From: Cylindrospermopsis raciborskii Cr2010
Lineage (GTDB): Bacteria > Cyanobacteriota > Cyanobacteriia > Cyanobacteriales > Nostocaceae
Length of the DNA stretch: 32,000 bases
NCBI RefSeq assembly: GCF_003367075.2
Contig: NZ_CP065936.1
Span: 1,560,001-1,592,000 of the forward strand
Direction of reading: 5' to 3'
Below, piece by piece: positions 9,070-17,560 of the stretch. Made by a program: the position numbers and the translations under genes. Within the stretch, counting starts at the first letter, position 1. Every line of letters begins with the position of its first letter. The notes under the pieces were generated by a model that was not told the DNA's origin, searched no databases, and worked only from the letters and a program-made list of their open reading frames with translations.

Positions 9070-12000
9070 GGGTTGGTGGAATATTCAAGGGGAGGTTAGA
9101 AAATGCGATCGCTCTTATGAATGAGGTTGTCTATCCGAATATCAAATATTGGTGGTTGAAAAAAGACCTTATATGCGGACACAGATTCCCATGATGAAAA
9201 TATATCATTGTCAAGTCAAGTAGTCAACCCCCCAATGGAAAATTTTCTGGTGCGTAATACATATTAGGGTTGATGGAATATTAGGAGGGTTGGGAAATGC
9301 GATCGCTCTTATGAACGGGATTGTCTATCCAGGAATATGAGATGTTGATGGAATATTAGGAGGGTTGGGAAATGCGATCGCCTTTATGAAGGGGGTTGTC
9401 GATCCGAATATCAAATATTGGTGGTTGAAAAAAGACCTTATATGCGGACACAGATTCCCATGATGAAAATATATCATTGTCAAGTCAAGTAGTCAACCCC
9501 CCAATGGAAAATTTTCTGGCGCGTAATACATATTAGGGTTGATGGAATATTAGGAGGGTTGGGAAATGCGATCGCCTTTATGAAGGGGGTTGTCTATCCG
9601 AATATCAAATATTGGTGGTTGAAAAAAGACCTTATATGCGGACACAGATTCCCATGGTGAAAATATATCATTGTCAAGTCAAGTGGTCAACCCCCTAATG
9701 GAAAATTTTCTGGCGCGTAATACAGGGTTGATGGAATATTAGGAGGGTTGGGAAATGCGATCGCCCTTATGAAGGGGGTTGTCGATCCGAATATCAAATA
9801 TTGGTGGTTGAAAAAAGACCTTATATGCGGACACAGATTCTCATGATGAAAATATATCATTGTCAAGTCAATTAGTCAACCCCCCAATGGAAAATTTTCC
9901 GGCGCGTAATACAGGGTTGATGGAATAGGAGGGTTGGGAAATGCGATCGCCTTTATGAAGGGGGTTGTCGATCCGAATATCAAATATTGGTGGTTGAAAA
10001 AAGACCTTATATGCGGACACAGATTCCCATGATGAAAATATATCATTGTCAAGTCAAGTAGTCAACCCCCCAATGGAAAATTTTCTGGCGCGTAATACAT
10101 ATTAGGGTTGGTGAAATATTAGGAGGGGTTGGGAAATGCGATCGCTCTTATGAACGGGATTGTCTATCCAGGAATATGAGATGTTGATGGAATATTCGGA
10201 GAGGGGACTAAAAAATGCGATCGCCCTTATGAAGGGGATTGTCGATCCGAATATCAAATATTGGTGGTTGAAAAAAGACCTTATATGCGGACACGGATTC
10301 CCGCGATGAAAATATATCATTGTCAAGTCAAGCAGTCAACCCCCCAATGGAAAATTTTCTGGCGCGTAATACATATTAGGGTTGGTGAAATATTAGGAGG
10401 GGTTGGGAAATGCGATCGCTCTTATGAACGGGATTGTCTATCCAGGAATATGAGATGTTGATGGAATATTCGGAGAGGGGACTAAAAAATGCGATCGCCC
10501 TTATGAAGGGGATTGTCGATCCGAATATTAAATATTGGTGGTTGAAAAAAGACCTTATATGGGCACACAGATTCCCATGATGAAAATATATCATTGTCAA
10601 GTCAAGCAGTCAACCCCCCAATGGAAAATTTTCTGGCGCGTAATACATATTAGGGTTGGTGAAATATTAGGAGGGGTTGGGAAATGCGATCGCTCTTATG
10701 AACGGGATTGTCTATCCAGGAATATGAGATGTTGATGGAATATTAGGAGAGGGGACTAAAAAATGCGATCGCCTTTATGAATGGGGTTGTCGATCCGAAT
10801 ATCAAATATTGATGGTTGAAAAAAGACCTTATATGCGGACACAGATTCCCATGATGAAAATATATCATTGTCAAGTCAAGCAGTCAACCCCCCAATGGAA
10901 AATTTTCTGGCGCGTAATACATATTAGGGTTGGTGAAATATTAGGAGGGGTTGGGAAATGCGATCGCCTTTATGAAGGGGGTTGTCTATCCGAATATCAA
11001 ATATTGGTGGTTGAAAAAAGACCTTATATGCGGACACAGATTCCCATGGTGAAAATATATCATTGTCAAGTCAAGTGGTCAACCCCCTAATGGAAAATTT
11101 TCTGGCGCGTAATACAGGGTTGATGGAATATTAGGAGGGTTGGGAAATGCGATCGCTCTTATGAACGGGATTGTCGATCCGAATATCAAATATTGGTGGT
11201 TGAAAAAAGACCTTATATGGGCACACAGATTCCCATGATGAAAATATATCATTGTCAAGTCAAGTAGTCAACCCCCCAATGGAAAATTTTCTGGCGCGTA
11301 ATACAGGGTTGATGGAATATTAGGAGGGTTGGGAAATGCGATCGCCTTTATGAATGGGGTTGTCGATCCGAATATCAAATATTGGTGGTTGAAAAAAGAC
11401 CTTATATGCGGACACAGATTCCCATGATGAAAATATATCATTGTCAAGTCAAGTAGTCAACCCCCCAATGGAAAATTTTCTGGCGCGTAATACATATTAG
11501 GGTTGATGGAATATTAGGAGGGTTGGGAAATGCGATCGCCCTTATGAATGGGGTTGTCTATCCAGGAATATGAGATGTTGATGAAATATTAGGAGGGGTT
11601 GGGAAATGCGATCGCCTTTATGAAGGGGGTTGTCTATCCGAATATCAAATATTGGTGGTTGAAAAAAGACCTTATATGCGGACACGGATTCCCATGATGA
11701 AAATATATCATTGTCAAGTCAAGTAGTCAACCCCCCAATGGAAAATTTTCTGGCGCGTAATACAGGGTTCGTGGAATATTTGAGGGGAGGTTAGAAAACG
11801 CGATCGCCTTTATGAATGGGGTTGTCGATCCGAATATCAAATATTGGTGGTTGAAAAAAGACCTTATATGCGGACACAGATTTCCATGATGAAAATATAT
11901 CATTGTCAAGTCAATTAGTCAACCCCCCAATGGAAAATTTTCTGGCGCGTAATACATATTAGGGTTGATGGAATATTAGGAGGGTTGGGAAATGCGATCG

Positions 12001-12442
12001 CCTTTATGAAGGGGGTTGTCGATCCGAATATCAAATATTGGTGGTTGAAAAAAGACCTTATATGCGGACACAGATTCCCATGGTGAAAATATATCATTGT
12101 CAAGTCAATTAGTCAACCCCCCAATGCAAAATTTTCTGGCGCGTAATACAGGGTTGGTGAAATATTAGGAGGGGTTGGGAAATGCGATCGCCTTTATGAA
12201 TGGGGTTGTCGATCCGAATATCAAATATTGGTGGTTGAAAAAAGACCTTATATGGGCACACAGATTCCCATAATGAAAATATATCATTGTCAAGTCAAGT
12301 AGTCAACCCCCCAATGGAAAATTTTCTGGCGCGTAATACATATTAGGGTTGGTGAAATATTAGGAGGGGTTGGGAAATGCGATCACTCTTATAAAGGGGA
12401 TTGTCGATCCGAATATCAAATATTGGTGGTTGAAAAAAGACC
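9070..12442. repeat. Long tandem/composite repeat array (16 long units, last truncated, plus 5 short modules)
   Basis: The (GGTGG/GATGG)TTGAAAAAAGACC block starts at 9151, 9420, 9614, 9803, 9989, 10263, 10537, 10811, 11006, 11195, 11384, 11654, 11846, 12040, 12230 and 12425. Spacings are 186-195 bp or 269-274 bp, and the long spacing is an added ~80 bp module. Confidence 0.97.
9199..9227 (-). promoter_or_regulatory. Candidate extended -10 sigma70-type promoter in the array unit nearest hypF (same sequence recurs in all 15 full units)
   Basis: Minus-strand TTGACT-N17-TATATT with TG one base upstream of the -10 (TTGACTACTTGACTTGACAATGATATATT); -35 at 9227-9222, -10 at 9204-9199. Confidence 0.6.
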
Positions 12443-12469
12443 ACATTAAGTAGGGAGGCACAATTATTT

Positions 12470-12527
12470 GTAGGATGGGTCGCGAGACCCATGGGGGCGT
12501 TGAGTTTCATACTTCAACCCAACCTAC
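12470..12527. repeat. Short imperfect inverted-repeat element, likely dispersed-repeat remnant
   Basis: GTAGGATGGGT...AACCCAACCTAC termini (58 bp overall) directly beside the array edge. Confidence 0.45.
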
Positions 12528-12590
12528 GTTCATCTTAGATTTAATTCCACCCACCCACTTAGGTAGCGTCGAGGAGGGAATAAGAATGGC

Positions 12591-13181
12591 TTAATGCCAA
12601 ACGTAGATAAGTACAAACAGAATAATCCAAATAACATCAACAAAGTGCCAAAACAAAGAGGTTGAGTTTACCCCAAAGTGACCATGATCGTAATTGCCAG
12701 GAAGAAAAGAGCGCATGAGAATTATCAACTGCAATAGAATACCTGTGAGAACATGTAACCCATGAAATCCCGTTAATAAATAAAACATACCGCCGAATGT
12801 ACCGGAAGTAAAGCCAAATTCCAGTTGACTCCACTCCACATATTGACCATATAAGAAATAAGTACCCATAGCGATTGTGGCTAATAAGTATAATCGAAAT
12901 CCAGGTAAATCATGTTTTTGTAAACGTCTTTCAGCCAAATAAATTACAAAACTACTAGAAACCAGAATAATTGTGTTAATTGTGGGACTTACTATTTCCA
13001 GTCCTTCCACCCCAGCAGGAAGCCAATTGGAATTGGTAGTTTTATAGACGATATAACCAGCAAAAAAACTGAGAAATATGACACTTTCCGAAAGTAGAAA
13101 AACAATAAAACCAAACATTTTACTGCCTTCTTCATCATGACCATGTTGAGATTGAATAGGATTGTTGAGCGAGCTTTCCAT
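12591..13181 (-). CDS. coxC: Heme-copper oxidase subunit III
   Basis: 196 aa; FIVFLLSESVIFLSFFAGYIVY, LTGFHGLHVLTG, HVDVIWIILF-type stretch (WHFVDVIWIILFVLIYVW). Confidence 0.93.
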   Translation of the reverse strand: MESSLNNPIQSQHGHDEEGSKMFGFIVFLLSESVIFLSFFAGYIVYKTTNSNWLPAGVEGLEIVSPTINTIILVSSSFVIYLAERRLQKHDLPGFRLYLLATIAMGTYFLYGQYVEWSQLEFGFTSGTFGGMFYLLTGFHGLHVLTGILLQLIILMRSFLPGNYDHGHFGVNSTSLFWHFVDVIWIILFVLIYVWH

Positions 13182-13268
13182 GATAGTTCTCCTTAGATAA
13201 TGGTTATAGAAATAGGTTTTTTCAAGAAAAGAAAGAGGCGTTTTCGCCCCTTTCAGGTGAGGTGATAT

Positions 13269-14942
13269 TTACTCAACCATTTCCATGGTAGAATTCTCCA
13301 GATTAGCGGTTAATGGTTCCGACTTACCATAACCGTATGGTTCACTAATAATGATAGGAATTTCTTCAAAATTTTCTACCGATGGAGGTGAAGAAATGAG
13401 CCATTCTAAACCTATAGCTCGCCAAGGATTAGGTGGAGCTTTCTCACCGTCTAACCAAGAAACTAAAATGTTGAAAATAAATGGTAAAGTGGACATTCCT
13501 AACAGAAATGCTCCCAGACTAGCCAAAATATTCCAAAACGTGTACTCTGGTGCATAGGAAGCAACTCTTCTTAACATCCCCTGCAAACCCAGAGGATGCA
13601 TAGGTAAAAAGTTTAAATTTGTACCAATAAATGCCAACCAAAAATGCACCCTTCCCCAACCCTCATTAAACATTCTTCCAGTCATTTTGGGGAACCAATG
13701 ATAAATAGCAGCATACATTCCCATAGTTACCGTTCCATATAGTACATAATGGAAATGTCCCACTACAAAATAGGTATTATTCACATGAACATCAATGGGA
13801 ACCGACGAGAGCATAATCCCAGTAATCCCAGCAAAAACAAACATGATTAAACCACCCAGCGCAAACAACATAGGAGTGGTTAATTTAATTTTGCCTCCCC
13901 AAATCGTTCCTACCCAAGCAAATACCTTAATTCCCGTAGGAACGGAGACAAACATAGTAGTCAGCATGAACAATAACCGCATCCAACCAGGAGTTCCACT
14001 CACATACATGTGGTGTACCCAAACAATAGCACTAACCACCGCAATTAACATGGAAGAAATAGCCACTACCTTATATCCAAATAATGGCTTGCGGGAATAA
14101 ACAGGAAAGATTTCTGAAAAAATACCAAATATTGGGAGAATAATCACATAAACTGCAGGATGGGAGTAAAACCAGAAATAATGTTGAAACATAACTGGAT
14201 TACCACCATTAATAGGATTAAAAAATCCCGTTCCCACTGTTAAATCAAACAATAACATTAATGCTCCAGCTGTCAAAGCAGGGAGTCCAAATAATTGAAT
14301 AATTTGAGCACTAAAAACTGCCCAAACAAACAAAGGCATTTTAAAAAACCCCATTCCTGGGGCACGCATTTTGACAATGGTGGTGACAAAGTTCACTGCG
14401 CCCATAATTGAGGAAACACCGGAAATAGCTACAGCTAATAACCAAAGAACTTGACCATTAATTAAATTGCCAGTAGGATTTTGTAAACTGACTGGGGGAT
14501 AGGCCCACCAACCAGCTTGAGCAGGTCCACCGGGAACTGCAAAGCTGGACATGAGTAAAATTCCCACCACAGGAACCATCCAAAAAGCAGCTGCATTGAG
14601 ACGGGGAAATGCCATATCCCTCGCACCAATCATGATGGGTACGAGATAGTTTGCTAGACCTACAAGGGAGGGGAATGTCCATAGGAACAGCATCACTGTT
14701 CCGTGCATGGTAAACATCCCATTATAAACCGTGCGATCTATTAAGTCAGATTCGGGAGTAACTAGTTCTCCCCGCAAAATCATAGCGAAAATTCCACCGA
14801 CAAGAAAGAAAATAAAGGAAGTTACTAGATATTGAATACCTATGACTTTATGGTCTGTACTAAAGGTGAAATAGGTTTTCCAGTGAGTTGGTGTTGGGTG
14901 ATGATTTGATTCACCACCAAGATTAAGTAATATGTTAGTCAT
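13269..14942 (-). CDS. coxA: Heme-copper oxidase subunit I
   Basis: 557 aa; TMHGTVMLFLW, FWFYSHPAVYVIILP, WVHHMYVSG, HFHYVLYG. Confidence 0.96.
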   Translation of the reverse strand: MTNILLNLGGESNHHPTPTHWKTYFTFSTDHKVIGIQYLVTSFIFFLVGGIFAMILRGELVTPESDLIDRTVYNGMFTMHGTVMLFLWTFPSLVGLANYLVPIMIGARDMAFPRLNAAAFWMVPVVGILLMSSFAVPGGPAQAGWWAYPPVSLQNPTGNLINGQVLWLLAVAISGVSSIMGAVNFVTTIVKMRAPGMGFFKMPLFVWAVFSAQIIQLFGLPALTAGALMLLFDLTVGTGFFNPINGGNPVMFQHYFWFYSHPAVYVIILPIFGIFSEIFPVYSRKPLFGYKVVAISSMLIAVVSAIVWVHHMYVSGTPGWMRLLFMLTTMFVSVPTGIKVFAWVGTIWGGKIKLTTPMLFALGGLIMFVFAGITGIMLSSVPIDVHVNNTYFVVGHFHYVLYGTVTMGMYAAIYHWFPKMTGRMFNEGWGRVHFWLAFIGTNLNFLPMHPLGLQGMLRRVASYAPEYTFWNILASLGAFLLGMSTLPFIFNILVSWLDGEKAPPNPWRAIGLEWLISSPPSVENFEEIPIIISEPYGYGKSEPLTANLENSTMEMVE

Positions 14943-14984
14943 GATTTTAGATGTTACATTTTACAAATTGGATATTAGCTGAAC

Positions 14985-15926
14985 TTAAAGATGACTATCA
15001 CCCACGAAATTGACCACTGGAGGTGCAGCAGGTGGAACAGTTTTCCAACCCAGTTGGATGTTTTTATTGTGGGTCTGAGCATATTCTGTAGCTGCTTGAT
15101 TGGGAGCAGCTGTAGGACTTTGACTAGCTGCTTTCTTTAACCAGTTTTCATAATCTTCTGGTGCTTGGACTATTACTTTTGCTTCCATAGTCGCAAAGTA
15201 AGTACCACTATATTGAGAGTCGGTAAGACTATATTTACCAATGAGAGTTGGGGTAAATTCAAAGTCTATAGTTTTACCAGGAACAATATCCTGTTTAACT
15301 CGAAATGCTGGAATATAAAAACCATGGAGTACATCTTCTGATTGCAGTGCTAAATGTACACGTTGATTGCTGGGTAAATGCAGTTCCGTACTAGTAATAC
15401 CCTGTTGAGGATAGCTAAATATCCAAGCCCATTGTTTAGCAACTACATCTATGTTTTCCAGAGGTTTATCTAAACTTGTTGCGGTTGGTTCTTGCTCTTT
15501 TTTTCCTAAGCTAAGTTGGATAGGAAGAGGATTATGTAAGTGTAATAAGTGACCAGGTCCCTGGATTCCTATAGTTTCATAAACTTGATAACTGTAGGTT
15601 GCTATCCATAGGACTAACATGATGGGAATAGCAGTCCAAATAATTTCTAGGGTAATATTTCCTTCGATATGTGGACCATCAGTAAAGTCATAGATTCTGG
15701 CTCTATGGAATAGGACAGAATATAAAATTGCTGCTGTAACCCCCAGAAAAATAAAGGCTCCTATGGTTACTAAAAAACTGAATAGATTATCTATCAAATG
15801 TGATTCAGCTGCAGCTTGCGGTGGTAACCAAGAATAGGATTGTTTACCAATAAAGATGCTCAGGAAGGTGATGAATATTCCTAGAGTCATCACAAGAAAA
15901 ATATTCACAATTAACCGGATATTCAT
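14985..15926 (-). CDS. coxB: Heme-copper oxidase subunit II, CuA-less (ARTO/quinol-oxidase type)
   Basis: 313 aa; two N-terminal TM segments, AKQWAWIFSYP, DVLHGFYIPAFRVKQDIVPG. The position of the usual CAELCGxxHxxM motif reads TDSQYSGTYFATM. Confidence 0.9.
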   Translation of the reverse strand: MNIRLIVNIFLVMTLGIFITFLSIFIGKQSYSWLPPQAAAESHLIDNLFSFLVTIGAFIFLGVTAAILYSVLFHRARIYDFTDGPHIEGNITLEIIWTAIPIMLVLWIATYSYQVYETIGIQGPGHLLHLHNPLPIQLSLGKKEQEPTATSLDKPLENIDVVAKQWAWIFSYPQQGITSTELHLPSNQRVHLALQSEDVLHGFYIPAFRVKQDIVPGKTIDFEFTPTLIGKYSLTDSQYSGTYFATMEAKVIVQAPEDYENWLKKAASQSPTAAPNQAATEYAQTHNKNIQLGWKTVPPAAPPVVNFVGDSHL

Positions 15927-15986
15927 AGTTATGTCTGGGTGAATTTACTAAGAGAAAATGGGCAATAGGCAAATAGAATAGGTTAA

Positions 15987-16595
15987 CTATTTCCCCAATA
16001 CACTGTTGACATCCTCTCCCATTCTCAACAAATTATCTGCCGTATTATGTACACCAAATTCTGCTGCTAATTGGGCTCCTAGAGTTCCATGCGCGTACAT
16101 AATTACCATGATCAAAACTCCGGCAAAAATATAACTCCAACCTACCTGCATATCGGCATCTTTATAGGTTATATAACGTTGCCATCCTCTCCAAAAGGTC
16201 ATTCCTACCATTAAGGCTAATAAGAAAACACCACCTACACCATGCCACATCATGGTTTCCATAGCTTGCATTCCCCAAGAACTCTTGAGGTTCACCGGTG
16301 GAGTGGCTAATAACATTTCATAAAAACCCGCAGCAACTGTAAAAAATGTAATTACAGATGAAGCTACCATGTTGTACCAACCAACTTCAAATAATTGAGC
16401 TCGGTTGACAGTTAAACCCAGAGATTTAAACAAGAAGTGGTCTATAGGAAATAGAACAGCTACTAAATCGAAAATAACTCCAATGATAAACAGTCCTAAA
16501 GTTAGGTGAACTAGATTTGGATGAATGGGGATTGTGTAGGGTAATCCGTTGGCTCCCATTTGAGCACTTACTTGATCAATTAGTTCTGAATTCAT
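15987..16595 (-). CDS. DUF2231-like integral membrane protein
   Basis: MNSELIDQVSAQMGANGLPYTIPIHPNLVHLTLGLFIIGVIFD...; multiple hydrophobic helices. Start re-placed to 16595, where ATG overlaps the upstream gene's TGA (ATGA). Confidence 0.8.
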   Translation of the reverse strand: MNSELIDQVSAQMGANGLPYTIPIHPNLVHLTLGLFIIGVIFDLVAVLFPIDHFLFKSLGLTVNRAQLFEVGWYNMVASSVITFFTVAAGFYEMLLATPPVNLKSSWGMQAMETMMWHGVGGVFLLALMVGMTFWRGWQRYITYKDADMQVGWSYIFAGVLIMVIMYAHGTLGAQLAAEFGVHNTADNLLRMGEDVNSVLGK

Positions 16596-17092
16596 TTCAA
16601 GATTCCATCCTTTACTGCTTCCACAACTGGTACTGTATGAATGCCATAAACCCATACCAGTTCATCACCTAGATATACTTGAAAACCTACTAGTATGGTC
16701 ACCAGTAATCCCACAGCTAAATAGTGCACCGGCAATTTTTGTGGATTACGCGCACGCAGTACATAACGCCAAGCTGTGATTGCAGCTAAAATTCCTGACA
16801 GTGACCAACCAATTAGGGTATGGTAGTTTAAAACTGATTTCACAATATTGTAGGGTTTGGCTAAACCAGCTTCAAACTGACCGAAAATAATTGCTATGAA
16901 AATAGAAACTGTAGCTACAAACAAGTTCCAAAATCCCACTTCATAAAATCTGGTTTTTCCTGTGAAAAAGCCAACTGCATCACAAAAAAATGCAAATAAT
17001 ATCATGGCAATTACGAAGTGAACCACAATCGGATGGAGTGGATCTGGATAGGGTAAATTGTGGTCGTTCAATGAGGTTAAATACTCAAACAT
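16592..17092 (-). CDS. DUF2231-like integral membrane protein
   Basis: 166 aa; YPDPLHPIVVHFVIAMILFAFFCDAVGFFTGK, four hydrophobic segments, YLGDELVWVYGIHTVPV. Confidence 0.82.
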   Translation of the reverse strand: MFEYLTSLNDHNLPYPDPLHPIVVHFVIAMILFAFFCDAVGFFTGKTRFYEVGFWNLFVATVSIFIAIIFGQFEAGLAKPYNIVKSVLNYHTLIGWSLSGILAAITAWRYVLRARNPQKLPVHYLAVGLLVTILVGFQVYLGDELVWVYGIHTVPVVEAVKDGILK

Positions 17093-17341
17093 TAATTTCT
17101 CCTCTTTAGTTAGATGCTCGTCCAGTATTTACAGCTGGCACCAATTTTCGCTGAGCTATATTCATCAGTCACTACCAGATTTTCATATTCTTGTGCTTTT
17201 ATTCTGTTCATCTAGCGTTACTTTTAGATTGATTCCCTAGTGATTTTTCAGCATTTTGTGGTTACAAGTCATAATTATTGGACACCCTTATATTGCGGTA
17301 TTGCGTAACTTTTTGTCCTCTAATTTTTTTAAAAATACCTT

Positions 17342-17360
17342 ATGGGTTACGCTAACCCAT
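17342..17360. repeat. Short palindromic repeat
   Basis: ATGGGTTA-CGC-TAACCCAT, a perfect 8 bp stem with 3 nt loop. Confidence 0.55.
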
Positions 17361-17560
17361 CATAACTCGGTCAAAACTAAAAGTTTGACAAAATGGTAGA
17401 TAGCCATGATATTCAACTTCACTGGATGTAGCTATTATGAAATACAAAGAAAATATTTTGATGTCTACTATTTTACATTTAAGAATTATTGCTTTGCTTG
17501 GTAAAGTATAGTTTTGGTAGCTTTCTATAGATGGATCCATGACACATCGCAAAAAAAGGT

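Noticed and set aside
10102-12103. Repeated 60-93 aa ORFs inside the array (MVVEKRPYMRT..., MTMIYFHHGNL...)
   Set aside because: They recur only because the DNA repeats. Unit lengths vary by non-multiples of 3 (186-195), frames shift between copies, and the same sequence is open on both strands, so these are not credible genes.
9070-12442. CRISPR array
   Set aside because: Units are ~190 bp and homologous along their whole length, with no short repeat/unique spacer structure. No cas genes are in the window.
9070-12442. Diversity-generating retroelement, retron or transposon array
   Set aside because: No reverse transcriptase, transposase or adenine-biased variable region found. Variation between units is scattered substitutions and indels.
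16596-16655. Extra 20 aa N-terminus of the 222 aa ORF
   Set aside because: It overlaps the upstream gene by 64 bp. The internal ATG at 16595 gives a clean ATGA junction and a MNSELIDQ start more consistent with the family.
17093-17340. NtcA site (GTA-N8-TAC) upstream of the oxidase operon
   Set aside because: I looked for one because of the heterocyst context but could not find a convincing match by eye; a motif scan would be needed.
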